Shown here: piece by piece, positions 12,102-27,100 of the stretch | Position numbering within the stretch: position 1 is the first letter of the stretch | Layout: each line of letters starts with the position of its first letter | Assembly: GCA_002633005.1 (NCBI GenBank) | Contig: NMRA01000048.1 | Span: 1,046,483 to 1,102,407, forward strand | Source of the DNA: Phoronis australis | Taxonomy: Eukaryota > Animalia > Phoronida | DNA length: 55,925 nucleotides | Direction of reading: 5' to 3' | The notes under the pieces: generated by a model | The model's input: only the letters and a program-made list of their open reading frames with translations | Told to the model about the DNA's origin: nothing | Databases searched by the model: none | Translations under genes and position numbers: made by a program

Positions 12102-15100
12102 CTGAAAATACAGCAAAGAAATATCGTAGAACAAACCATACAAAGTTGATAATCCAATCTATACCAAACATTGATTCAGAAAGTTCAAATAAGTGCTACA
12201 GTATCGTTTCAAGTTTGAATGCTGAATAAGGAAACGTGACAGAAACGAATGACTTTGATACAGACAGGTAGTTCTTCAGATGACGGTTGAGCACAGTTCC
12301 ATCAAGTAAGTTCTTCACAGGCTGTGCTCAGTATCTTCAAGCAAGGAATATTCCCTACACTCCATGACCACTCCTTCACGAAATGTAAGAGTTGAATGAC
12401 TACCAGGGATATTCTATCATTTCATTGATGCCAGAGTTACACCAGGAACAAAGTGAATACTCCTTTACCTCTATAACTTCAACACTCATTCCACTAAATA
12501 TGTCCAAAATGCATTTTTATTCTTAATTCCTCAACATCCTGGGAAACATTAAATCCCCATCAATGTGCCACATAATTGTTTCTAGAAAAGCATTTGTCTG
12601 TCCACCTGAAAATCGACCATTTGGTTTTAGCACCCTGCTAGAACAAAAGACCCACCGGAAAATGTCACAATTTGATTTTCACTTAATAACGCATCCTATT
12701 AGAAATGTGCCATGAGATTACCACACAAATCATCAAATGTAGCATACAATATATACCTGTTCACAGAACTATCCAATGAATCCTACTCCACTTACTTTGC
12801 TATAGTGTTGAGCAATGTCCTCCATAAATTCGTCCAATCGTTGCAGTCCTGGCCCCAGCACTTGGAAGAAGACGGTACCACGGGCCGACACATAACTGAC
12901 GTAACCTTCCACTGTACTGCCCACCTGGAGAGACAGTTATGAATTACTGAACTGGACAGCTGACGTCACTTGGGGGCACCGATTCAATAACTCGATTTGC
13001 TGTATATTAGTTCGAAAGACCTGATAGTTAGTTCATGCCTTCAACACTAGCTGGAGCTGTAGCCAGTTGACAATGGAAGGATCTACAGTTAGATGGCATG
13101 TCGACACACAAAGCAACAATAAACCTGCGTTCCACTGCAATAACAAAATTTTACATTATACCGTTTACCGCAGCAAAATTGGTCTCAATCTGCTCCTTAA
13201 TCAAATGCAAAATGATTTTTATTCTTGCAAAGAACTGACAGTTTATTATTCCTTGAGATTATGCTCAGCAAATAAAAGGACATGCTGTGACAAATCAACT
13301 CGCAGAGAATTAGTCTCCACCAATAACAAAGTGACAGCTCAGCAAATAAAAGGACATGCTGTGACAAATCAACTCGCAGAGAATTAGTCTCCACCAATAA
13401 CAAAGTGACAGCTCAGCAAATAAAAGGACATGCTGTGACAAATCAACTCGCAGAGAATTAGTCTCCACCAATAACAAAGTGACCAAGCCTAGGATTAGGT
13501 ACCTGGTAAGTGAAAAAATTGATTTTATAACAGTGTTCGCTTTAAGGTAAAATGTTCCTGTTTCAAAGCTTAAAGACCCTGCGGTTAAAAATTTAGTTAA
13601 CACCTAACCTTCAGACTACAGGTTGTACAGACAGTAGGACCTTCTGGCCACAGAATCTTTGATCTGAAGATCTAGATCAGTACCCATATTGTTACCTACA
13701 GGGGGTAGTGTCGGTGCCAGTTCCTCATCTGCAATCATAGTGCCCAGGGCTTCGTTGATGTTGACGTCAGTTTCTCCACAGGTGTCAAAGAAGTTGACAG
13801 TGCACTTTTCACCCCTGAAAAGACATCAAATGATGAAGTTAACCAATATCGATTTGTTCTGCAAATACACACAGATAGAATGATTTCTGAGCTTAACTAA
13901 AATCATTGCATGTTACCTTTTTCCTACCCTAGTATATAAAATGCATCGTTTGCACAAACTCCGTCTCCCCCGCTACACTACAGACCTTCGTTGTGCCCGT
14001 TTCGGCACCACCTTGGTCCCAGGTATTGCACGGCCCCCTATTTGGATTCGAGGTGTTCCTATTTTTTTCTCGCGGGCCGTTTTTTTGCAGACGCGGAGGG
14101 AGGATGGCCAGTTTCGTACTGGCCTTGGTAACGTCAGTCGGTTGGCTCAAAGGCCTGGGTGACGTCACTTCGTCGGCTTAATTTCATTCCCTCCGGCTTC
14201 TGTCGCGTATATAATTCATTGAGCCTGTCACCGGGCCACCAAAATTAATGATGCCTCATTAAAGAATTTTTACTCTTCCTTGAGTAAACTAAATTATTTA
14301 CCCGGGCGTTGGAAAATTGGCGTTCTTCAGTTATTCTGCTGCTAAAATTGCGATGCACTCTTTGGGTGCCATCGCGTCACCTATCGGGCCAATTTTCATG
14401 TTCTTCAATCAACTGTGTAGGTTGCGGACATGTCATAAGAATCGGAAGTGGTTTCAATTCGTTACAAGTTTTTACTATTTCAATACAATAAAAAAACAAT
14501 TTAAGAAAATACTCTCGCGAGATATCGCAAAGTTTTGGGAAATCGCGCGTACATGTGCATGTCACGAGATTGCACTGTTTTCAAAACGACGGCAGGATTT
14601 TCCTTTGTTACAGAAAGCGGAGAATTACGAAAAATAACGTTTACTAGATTTTGTTTACTTCTATGAACGGCTGTAACGGGCACTGTGAATGTCGATTCAT
14701 TCCCAGATTCTGCATGCACCTCTGCAGGTTGTTAGCTCTAAGTTTCACAACCAGGTGACAAGCTGAGCACCTGGGTTGTGTGAAATTTTGGTGTCTAACG
14801 GAGCTCTACACATGGCTACCTAGCTGTATGTTGTCGACAGTCTTCATACAGCTAGCCGACTTTCTATATCAGTAGGCTATGTACACTTATGATGCAACTT
14901 TTGTAAATACATTCAGGGGTGGATCTAGGATTTTGAGTTGGGGGGGCACGGCACTAATAGAGTATTAGCCAGAATTTTGCCCTTTAGACATTCGCACCCC
15001 CCGAACTGCCAAATGGAAGCTGGGCGGATTTTATTGGGGGGGGGGGGGGGGNCTTAGTTTTCACTTTAAACTGAAGAATATCTGATTACCGTACTTTGTG

Positions 15101-18100
15101 TTACGGCAGGGTCAAATGTACTGGAAAGAAAATTGTACTGCCTAGGGGAAGAATCCCACAGCCGCAAACCTTAATTGCCTACTAAAATTTGACGGGTGAC
15201 AGAAATTCTGCTTGAAGCTTTGAACACGGTCTCTTCAAGAAGTATTCCTGTCTCTCAGTGTGATGAACACTCGATCGGTTCACTCTTAGGTGTAGCTATT
15301 TCCCCTCGGCGTTTCTCACTAGCTGCTATCCGTGCGAAAGCACGGGTAACGACTAGTAAACATTTAAAAATAATAAGTAGCATATGAAGCCTACCAAAAC
15401 ATGACCTCATCAAGATGTCCTACCTTTCCAATAAGTAGCATATGAAGCCTACCAAAACATGACCTCATCAAGATGTCCTACCTTTCCAATAAGTAGCATA
15501 TGAAGCCTACCAAAGAATGACCTCATCAAGATATCCTACCTTTCCAATAAGTAGCATATGAAGCCTACCAAAACATGACCTCATCAAGATGTCCTACCTT
15601 TCCAATAAGTAGCATATGAAGCCTACCAAAGCATGATCTCATCAAGATGTCCTACCTTTCCAGCACTTCAGCTACATAAGTCTTGCCAAGAGCCATTTCA
15701 AACAGTTTCTCAGTCACCTGATCATTGTCTTCAAACTGCTCCAGCCCAGCTAGGCAGCACGAGATCGCCTGAGGGGAAGGTGGAAAATAAATAATGTAAA
15801 GTCGGCTATGTTGAGTACAGTGTCCTAACACATGCACCTTTGGTCACCAGTAAAGGGTAAAATCTCACCAATTTAGGACACAATGAGGATGACGAGTGAA
15901 ATCTTACTTCATCATTTATTCCGTGCAACATGTGCAGTACCAAATTAAATGTATTTTCAAGTTTTGTACAACAACTACTGCCAGGCAAAGTTGAAAAGGC
16001 AATATAGAGTCACAACAGAGTTAAAGAACAATTTTGGCAAATATTTCTGAGCGAAATTGGTGACATTTTACTGTTCTCCATTGTGTAATAATGTTAAGTA
16101 CAGCCAAACCTTTCCAGAAATTTCCTAAAACATTTATCAAAACCACTATGTTGCCAATCAACCTTTAAATAGAACTGCTGACTTAGAACTAGTAGAGTGA
16201 AATGTTATAAGTGAGTGATTGTTATATACCAGCCGTACGTTGTACCTTAGTTTACAAAATAGAGTAGATTGGTTTCTTTGGATTTTCATAGTGCTTTTGC
16301 TGTCAAGATTCCACACAATCATACATATCATATTGCCTTGAATACGGATTTGTTCAAGATGCTCATTGCAAACTCCACAGTTGCTAATGAACTTATGTGT
16401 CGCTCCACTCTAGTTATAAAAACCTCGATAGAGATTCAGTTATTAAGAAACATGACAATCTTAATTGCCTCTCTACTGCCAATATAAACTTTGATGGACT
16501 AACAGTGGTGATCACACAAAAGCTACAGTACAAGACAAAAGTACGCAGACAAAACACAGTTTTCCGGTCATGACAGCTTATTCTGCTAACAGCAAAAATT
16601 ACCAGTAGTAACTATTAGGGTGGCAAAAATTTAATTATAGAAAAGCTTAGACATCTGATTAACTCTGTTAATTCCCTTTCACTCTTGGTTATGAGGGGAG
16701 ACTATCATTGTTGGTTATGAGGGGAGACTATCATAGTTGGTTATGAGGGTAGACTATCATAGTTGGTTATGAGGGGAGACTATCATTGTTGGTTATGAGG
16801 GGAGACTATCATAGTTGGTTATGAGGGGAGACTATCATAGTTGGTTATGAGGGGAGACTATCATAGTTGGTTATGAGGGGAGACTATCACTGTTGGTTAC
16901 AAGGGTATACTATTCTGACAATGAACATCTTCCATCTCGCCGTCATGATGGGGGAAATCCAGGCAATTTTGTCTGAAAGCATTAGGCTTGTACGGTACTT
17001 GAGGGTCTACCCACCTGATAAGGCAATTGGTTAAACTGAGGCTCCAGCGCCCTCAATTGACTATCTGAAAGTACCTCACTATCACCGTGGTCTAGGAACA
17101 AGCAGTCAACCTGCAATTATAGATAATGCTTGTCATTTCATAGTGTCTATTTCTACACCATGTTGCTCAAAATACAACCCAAAAACATTGACCCTGGGCA
17201 ACAGTGCATTTTGACTTCAGCAACCTTCAAACGCAAACTAGTTACTTGGAATGCCATGCTAGAAAACCTTTGCAACATATTGTCAAAAAAGAAACCAAAG
17301 AATCATTCGATGTTTGACCTCAGGACACACCAGACTTTAAATTCAAAACTGGATCAGTTTCATTAGTCATGCATTACAGGGTAAAGTCATACATGTTCAA
17401 TTACTGTAGGAACTAATTTAAAATATAAAGTGCCCAGCAAATTAAAATCTTTGAAACACTAAGGAGTTAGCATTTTGTGTTATATAAGAGTGCGACAATT
17501 AATTAAATTGAGAAGCGGAAGTGACTGATTTTTGTATCAATACGTGAAGGCCCATGTCAATTAGATTCTTAGTTCCGATTTTCACCCTTAAATGTCGTAC
17601 ACAGTTACGGCTTCTTGGTATCTTTTAAGAGCATTACTCAGATATTGAACAAATGAACACCTCAGGGTCATTCATTAGTTGGAATTTTATATTAAACAAT
17701 GTTCCACAGCAGGGACATCTTGAGTGCTCAACGGGCAAAGTTGTCACAGCAAAATGTCGACATTCTCATTTTCCATTTGACAGTTTTGAAACTTTTTTGT
17801 GCTTAAGTTGCTAAAATTGGTACAATGTTAAGTTAACTACTTGATATGTTTTGAGAAAAAGTGAATTTCACAAACAAGAATCAAATAGAAAATGATCCCC
17901 TCTAAAGAAGATAAAATCAAATTCCTAATTATCTCACCTCTAGTGTTACAGATAAGATACATGTTAGTCTCCCTACCTACCTGCTCCCCCTCCACTGCTT
18001 GTACTTGCACCCTGAACCAGCTGTCCTCACTACAGGCAGCGTAGAGTCCATTTTCTTTCACAGACAGCTGTGGGGGGTTTGGCTTCTTGGAATAGTAGTT

Positions 18101-21100
18101 GGCCATAGCCTCCTCAAGAGCTTCTAACTTGTCCTGTAACACAGTCATGAACATGTGTCTTGCATGTCAATTTCAAAAAACATGACAAAGGACTCTCCTC
18201 TAATAACGAATTGGGTGACATTATGTTGAAGCGAAAGTTTTTGAGAACAGTCTCCTGAGTAGTAATAAATTGAATTCTGTTTTCATTTTCTAGACTGAAG
18301 GCGATATCTCCAATTTTGCCTATATTTGAGTAGCAAAATACTAATTTTAACACATTTTCATTGCTAGCTAGGCTTTCTTCAAGGTTTCAGCCACAACTAG
18401 AGACTAAATACTTTGATTAATAAACTGTTAAATTAAGAAAATTACTCTGTCTTGGGTCAACAGTAGTTGCTTGACAATACATAACATCTACATCGCAAAG
18501 CAATGACAGTGATGAACACTCTGGTACAAAGCAATGACAGTGATGAACACTCTGGTACAAAGCAATGACAGTGATGAACACTCTGGTACAAAGCAATGAC
18601 AGTGATGAACACTCTGGTACAAAGCAATGACAGTGATGAACACTCTGGTACAAAGCTCATTCTTGAATGAAATAGAACAATACACTGACACTCACCGAGT
18701 ATTCACTACCAACAAGTCTAAAGACTAGATAATTTGTATTTCGTATGTACGACACGTAAACGTCCCAGAAAACCTCTTGCGGAAAGGCGAGCGTTTCTGA
18801 AAGGGCGTGGTAGGCTTAAACATGGTTCAATGACTAGAACTAAATAAACAAACAACAACAACAAAACTAACAACTACAATACTAAATCTTTATCCAGCAT
18901 CAACTTTACAGAGTATTTTATGAGTGAACAATCTAGTAGGTTACAGAGGCAATAAACCCACGCCTTCTACAAAAACAATTTGATTTAGGCTACATATGAC
19001 TGGTTATGAAATCGAGCTTATCTTGCTCCTTAGTCACATTAGTTTTCTAGGTTTAAGAAGTGACACGTCTTTATTTCTTCAGGCTATGCACATTGCCATG
19101 GTGGGCTAGTTTCAGTCTCCAAGACAATATGATATTGTAACCAATTTCAATTCAAACAAAGGATAAGAACGTCACAATGTTGCTTTGGAAGAAAAATTAT
19201 TGCAGTGAAGAAAGTTACATATAACACAAAAAGTTGTAATACACCTTATTCATACAGTCATGAAATTACAAAGAGCCTCCTTTAAGGTTAAAAACAATGC
19301 ATTCTGCAGTTAATCACAGTGCAAAGTTGATTTTTTTTCACATGATCACAGTGCAAAGCGTGATTTTTTCGCAAACCTCATTATCTTAATATTCATGTCT
19401 CAAATGCATTTCTATTTTAAAACAGAACAGAGGCCCATTTTTAAAATGGCGACTTCGTGAATAAGGTCTGTTACATTTAGTATACAGTTTAAAATATTCA
19501 ACAAAAGTCTTGATAAAATTATTGTAACTTACACAGCGACGTCACATGTGTGTTCACATACCTGGGTAGCCCTGTGTAGGTGCTAAAGAGGTGACGCCAC
19601 CCCCCTCTGCATGTCTGGCTAGGCCGCGCTTCACCAAGTAATCGTTCAGTGACAGGGTGGGCTTCTTGGAGTCGAATACAGTACAAACTAATGTTTTGGC
19701 TGAGGAAAGAAAGGCACAGGACTGTTGCGTAATTTTTGTTACAAATTTAATATTTCAACCTCTCACAAAAATGTTGCATTTAAATTTTAAAGCCTAAATG
19801 CAAGCCAAACATTGTCCTACAATGAGAAATCTGCAGTATATTAAGTTCTGAATAAATTGAGTTTAAAAATGAACTGGCACAAATCACAGGCCCCCCCACC
19901 AAGAAAAGGAAAAGATAACTTATTCATAGTGCAAGAAAAGCAGTTTGTAATTGTAATAAGCTAAAACCACTTTGTATTAGACTTAAGTCTCCAGGAAGAG
20001 CAACCCATTAACACAGAACTTCAGTAAACAGAAAATGGAAAAAATTTGCCCCAATAATAAGACACTGTCACATGTATATTTAAAGTGCTTTGTAAAGAAG
20101 TTGTCCACTCTGATACAAAACAAGTCACTGCACTGTATTCTAAAATGATCATGCCATAAAAACAACATCTCACCCAAGACGTTCTCCACACTGATTGTCA
20201 GCTCTTTGTTATTGGTGCACTTTTTGAATTGGGAAATGGCTTCAGAGCTCCAATGAGCGCCATCTACAGGCCGTACATTATGTAACTGACAGCGGAAGGC
20301 CTGGTGAGGATGACGACTAATCCGAGATGAAATCTCACACACTTCCCCTGCCGACCGGACCTCTGAGTTGCCAAAATCTACATAGTAGATCTCGACCTCG
20401 GTCTGTTGAAACAGAAATTCAACACGCACGACTGAGTCAGCTACGAAGTTTCGAGTACAATTACTTTACCAGCACTGATTAAAAAGCCCGCGTTGATGTT
20501 TATAAATCACTAAATGTGCTTATCATACACTGTTTTTCACAAATTTCTATCTGATGAGTCTGAAACGACTTGGTGAGCAGTCATTGATCAATTGGAAAAA
20601 CAGCGAGCTGCTCTAATTTATTGCAGACCAGCAGCATGTCACACAACCGACTGCTCTAATTTATTGCAGACCAGCAGCAGGCCACACAACCGACTGCTCT
20701 AATTTATTGCAGACCAACAGCATGTCACACAACCGACTGCTCTAATTTATTGCAGACCAGCAGCAGGCCACACAACCGACTGCTCTAATTTATTGCAGAC
20801 CAGCAGCAGGCCACACAACCGACTCAAGCGCCGACTCAACTACAGGCTCTCTACAATACCCTTTAAAAGTTGCTGTTGTCATGACACATCCAATGTCTTT
20901 TTTCAATTTCATCAATGTCATAGTAACAATGAAGCGTTGCTTTATTGCAAGAGCAAGAATTTAAAATACGCCTCAGCACGTGGCAATAATTTGCTTCTTA
21001 TCCTGGATTTCTGACCCAAGAGACGACGACAGTGGGGAGCGACCTACTGATTTCTAGCAGACCGTTGCTTGTCTGGGCCAAGTCGACTAGACGACCAGTC

Positions 21101-24100
21101 CCAGACTCATACCCAACCAGTCAGACATAAATCTGTGACCGGTTTTGTACAAACTGACATTGACAGCATAACATAGGGTAAAATCTTACTAATTTTTGAC
21201 AAAAAATAACCAAATAATCATTTTTCATTTTTCAAAGGCTTCTAGCATTGTAATTTTTCAAAATATTGTCTGCAGTTTGCTATGGTGCAGAATTTGCCTC
21301 TGGAAAAGCATTTATTTGCTGCTATTTCTATTGTGGAAATAAATGAAAAATATTCTATTTCACTTGTCCGCCATATTGTGTCCTAAATTGGTGAGAACTT
21401 TATGAACAAAATAACTCTGTGAACAAATTAACTCTATGAACAAAATAACTCTATGAACAAAATAACTTTATGAACATCAAAACTGTAATTATTTCAACAA
21501 AGATTTGAAGACATTCTATATTAAGAACCAAATGTTATATTGGTCTCCTGGAAACAAAGTCACAATAATTTCAAGACTAAAGAGACTAATGATACTTGCC
21601 TCTTTGACGAAATAACTAAGAAATTACAACTTGTTAGTGCCATAATTCTATTTTTACTTAATTCTCTACTAACATCCATTGTAACGCCAAAGCAGACGAG
21701 CAGACAGTGTGACCTAGTGGGTAACTTTCCGCTTACTTTAGTCCCAACAGGGCAAACTGCTACCCTTCAGTTATGTCTCTAACTCCTCAGCTCCATTTTA
21801 TTTATATTCCAATCAGGCATAAAAACGGTTCCAGGTGATCAATGCAATGGCCCACCTGGGTGGCCTGCGCATGTCTGCTACAACGTGTACCAGATTGCCT
21901 GCAGTTATTTTTCTACAAGCAGAAGACCTACTTCATCTTACCTGGCCCTGAATATTCTTACGAACACTATGTATCTGTGCCCTGTACCAACCCTTGTCTT
22001 CACTGAACTGGGCCACACAGAACATCCCAGGAATGGGTTCCTTTACAATGGAAGGACGTGACCGACCCTGTCATGATACAAGAGCTGACGTTATCAACGC
22101 AACGATAAATATGACGCAAGCAAAGTATCTGTCATATCGTAAAACACACTTGGCATGCTAGGCAAAACATAAGAACTATTCACACAGCATTTTGACAAGG
22201 TGCAGTACACTAACTTAGACATCATGTCACCCATTACTAATGTATGGCAAATTGTGCCCAACCATGTTGTTTGCGTCTGAATGTCAAGTTGTATCAAAGA
22301 GAATTAGATATTTGAATGGACTTATCAGTCAATTCGATGACTAGCTGCATAACCAACAGACTTTAGCACAAACTGAAATTCCACGTCAAAACAAACCCGC
22401 AACATTCACACACAGGTGACTTAAATTACCAGACAAGTGTTATTTTTGACATTAACTTGCTATTTTAAGAGAAATCTGCACTTTATTACATACAGAGTCC
22501 ACACTATCTATTTGTAGCTCTGTAGACAGAGGTCTTGGGAGCCAAAAATGGCATCATATCCGAAATGCAAATTAATGGGGTTCTGTGATGTACAATCAGC
22601 TTCAAATTTTGGTAAAGATCTGTAACATATTTTTTCAGTCAATTTCAGAAAACCGTTAAAACAACAAAACACTCAAACAGTTGGAGAATTTAATAAAACT
22701 AAGTGTGACCACAACCTTCATCAGGCATTGCAGGCCAAATAATGCTTGTGTAATCACACATGCACTCTGTGCTGTTTACATTGTATATTGCATAGGATTC
22801 CATTTGCTGTTTTTGAAATGCTGTGAACACATGATACAATTAAACATTTAGTGATAACGGACATCACCACTGCATAATCTTAAAGTCCTCTAACATTTTG
22901 CTGGTGTTTGATTATATTATGGAGACTGCTTACCCCATAATCCTTTTCTACTTCCTGCATAATTTCATTGATGGAAGAGTCAGCCATTTGCACATAAAAG
23001 TGCAATGGATCTATGGGATGTGAGATGAACCCTGTCAGCTTGGTGCTGCAAACAGAAACAATGACTTTCAAAATAACATTATTATTCACAATCATCAGCA
23101 TGTTCACAAAAATACATTTAAGAGAAGAGGACAAGACTTGAAGAAGACATACTTTTGCGACCACTAAAAGTCGATGCTTAAAAATGAAAGGGAAAAGTTT
23201 GAATTCTTGCATCTTAAATCAATGAGAACCAATCAAATGTAAATGATGATTACTTCAGACATGATCACAACACCGCAAGATTGGCCAAGAAAATTTAAAT
23301 TATTTATCTGCGCTGAGAAGTGATCCCAAAGTTCGTTTACAGTAAAACAACAACTATCTAGTTGAGATATTAGGCTACATATAACGGCTTGTTTACTTCA
23401 CTTTCAAGAGAACTGGGGCTATGAAAGTTTGAACATTTTGAACGCAATTTAAAGTTCTTGTAACTTGCATTATGTCCCTCAAAATCGCTTGACTTACTGA
23501 ACCTCTATGCACTAGGAATCATGTGTCAGCAAAAATAAAAATTTCTGCTTAAGAGATATGAATTTTAAGAACCTTACTAGGAGGTGGACTCGAACTGAGA
23601 ACCACACTTCCAGTGCAGGGAATTTTACTGTCTGCTACTGGCCAGCAAGTTAAGTCGTTTTTATACAAGGAACAATCAACATGGCGCCAGTTGTCACGCC
23701 ATGACTTGTTCCACTTCAGTCGCATTTACACAACAGTAGATCACAAGGCAAACAAGCACGAATCATTTACACGAAGACTGTCTGAGCAAATAATAGCGAA
23801 TATCTAAACCATGTGGAGTGCCAGCAGATCACCCGTATGTACAGTATTGAGGAAGTGCAACAGAGATGATCGCTTCTACCTGCCCAATATGTAATTAAAC
23901 GTGTAGTTGACACTGGAGTAAATGATCGAGTGCAACTTGTTTTACCTCTCAAACCGGTCTCAAAAATGGCCGTCACAGTGTCAACTCCCTCCGTGCCAAG
24001 ACTCGCCATTTAAGACCTTTAGATTTTTATTTTTACCCGTTTTGTTGAACATAATTTTGCAACGAACCTTTGTAGAATAAAGATTTGAGCACTCAAATGT

Positions 24101-27100
24101 TCAGAATGGCTTATTAGGTTCAATATTATTGATTGTTAATGTTATATTAATTGTGAAATTACTGTTTACAGCCAACTGTTAAGTCATACATCCCATGAGC
24201 GGCGTTTCGCCTTTTTCACACGGGATTTGGACAATTATATATACAATCAGCAATTCACCAGTATGTGTTAACTAGATATAGTGCTGTGGTTTGATTCCCA
24301 TTTGGGGTTCCTGATTTTTCTGCGTTTATTTGATATATTTCATTACGGGCCAACCTCAGTGTCTATTTATATTAATTGCTACCAGCCGAACTCCTTCCAC
24401 AACCATAGTCACACTTTGTGTAATTTTGCTCCCACATTCAAGTAAAGTGTTTTCCATTTGTTATTCAACGCTAGCCTCACAACATTGTACACAATGTTCG
24501 TTAATAACATACCTATGTGTCTTTCATTTCTTAGTTCACACTTAAAATTGTATGCAATCAATCCTACATGAAAACACAACAATAAAAACGAGTTAAGCGC
24601 CACGCCATTTAATGCAAAAATATTGTCAAATACACAAAGACAACACATCCCTCAGCTAACTGAATTTTAAAAACACATTAATAAACCTGCTAAAACTTAT
24701 GGCATAACAATCTTAGACTTAGTAAATTAGCTAGTACTTGCTAACAACCTTAACCTGTTTACCAACATGTCACTTACAGAAAACCCTTCAAGATAACAAA
24801 ATGTAACTAACCCACTGGCATTGCAATAATGTTGAAGGGCATTTAATTACAATGATATGCAAACTGTGTCAGTAGATAAAATAATAGCATAGATAGAACA
24901 GAACAGAATGCCTCCCAAAAGGAAGACAGTACAGTCAGTTTTGAAAACAAACTAGACATTGAAATTCGATGAAGTTCTGATGCAAAAAACAGCGACTAAA
25001 TATACATTTACTTTTTGCTACAACCAATTCTGGCTAAATCTCCACAACTTGTTTTGTAAGTCCATCCACAGACAAGTAGCAGCAAAGCGTAGTAACGTCA
25101 CATCAAACCCTATTTCACTGCGACAAAAAGTTTGACTAAACTGCTAAATAATACAGGCAAGACGTTGTCCCAGTTTGGCAATGCCTCACAGAATTCTCGC
25201 TAATTCTGCTCAATTTATTCTGTACGGACAACACAATAACGGCAAAGTCTAAATAAAGAATGACCAAAATTTACTATGAAGGACTCAAGAAGGGCAACTT
25301 GTAATGAAAATCAGACGAGATACACAAAGAGATATCTCAAAACAGCAGGGCTGTAATTCTGCTAAACCAAACAAATAAAAATGGTTGCCGTTGAACCCGA
25401 GTCTGATATTACCAAAAACATTAGGCATTGAGGTATTGACAAGTCACATGCTGCGCAAAATTTTACCAAAATTGAACAAAAATATCCGTTGCATTTTATA
25501 AACAAACCAACAGGCAACAAAACCAGGTATTAGTCAGAGAGTAATGCTCCTGATGTCAAATAACAACCATGACGACAAGCACTGAGTAGATAGCATTCAA
25601 TAGGAAGAGGGGGGAGGGGCAACAGCACATTGTTTGAGGATTGGAGGAGGGGTTTGAAATGAGTGGCAACTGAGGAGAGGACTTGTTTTGCAAAAAACAG
25701 GGATACCATTATCTTGTGTTCCCTCGTGACTGCACCAGTGGCGGCAGAGCAGTTCAGCAATGAAACCATGACCAGTAATCGCAGTACAACAGACATATCC
25801 AGCTATGACGACCATCAGCAGAGCAAGCCCAGGTCACAGAAGCCGCATACTATCGACTTTCATGAACACTTTAATCCTTCAGGTTAAAACCAACCATATG
25901 ACTCAGTCATTGCCACATTGTTTGCTAAGTGGCGTCTGTACAACCATTAGACAACAAGCCCTCTCGAATGTTCTTGTACAGCTGTTGCACTCCTTGAGCA
26001 TTCAACCTCCTCGACCCCTTGCTCACGACACCATCTTCGAAGACTGACATCTTGCTCAGCTTTACCAGTACAACGTTATCCAGTTTCACTTTAGACATCA
26101 CTTTCTCCACTAACTTGTTGAACATATAAGTGACCTGATTAAAGTTCAATATCTGGGACACAATGATGCGGCAATTGGGGGCTAAGTTGCGGATATGATC
26201 AATCACGTCAAATGTGTCGTGCACAATGTCCTCGTGATGTGCGTTGTGACGCAACAAATCTACATGACCCAGATGTAGATACGCGATGTCCGGTTGACTT
26301 TTGACAAGGCGGTGAAGGTTCTTATGGAGGGAGGCCAAACGTTTGTTGCCCAAATCAATGATTTGCACGGAATCATCAAGTGAGAAGTGTTTCATCTTTA
26401 TGGTGTGTTCAGCTATCTGATAGAAATAACCTGCTTGTCCAATAAGTAGGACTTGTTTATGACTGAAAGATAGAAAGGTCCTGTGACCAGAATGCATTTA
26501 AAGAAGTAGCAAAGAAAGAAGGTAACTGGGAATAGATTTATGAAACAGTAATATGACAAATGTAAAATAAGTTATTGAGGAAACTAAGTCACCTAGTTTA
26601 TATGCTCAACTTCTAAAGTAACGCATGCTAATTCATAATTTATTTCAAGCAAAAATAATATTGCAAAAATTGTCATGTTCCATTTTTAAAGGCTGATTAT
26701 CTTGCTGCAAATATTGGAAGCATTACCAAGTGCTGTCACATGACATGTACATAATGCAAATATTGGAAGCATTACCAAGTGCTGTCACATGACATCTACA
26801 TAATGCAAAGTAAGCTGTGAATAGACTAACATTTTCTTAATCCACAATTTTGTGGAAAAACTTGACAAAATAAAGTTTAACCTGTCTTCCATATTGTGTG
26901 CTAATTACGTGAAGAATTATCACGTGTTAAATATTTCCAGACAACAATTGAAAAACAGATTCATGACATAGGTAAGAGATAATGGAAAAAACGATGGTCT
27001 AGCATTTCCAGCATACCTCATCGACGTTCCACTAACAATAATGTAATGTGAATGACACAGTTACTCTGTGTCCTGTCATAAGTTAGGTTGCTTTACAAGC

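Noticed and set aside
15372-18655. Regular repeats resembling CRISPR arrays
   Set aside because: Head-to-tail units without unique spacers, eukaryotic intron context, no cas genes
20551-20570. ctgatgagtctgaaac hammerhead-like string
   Set aside because: No room for stem II and no supporting stems
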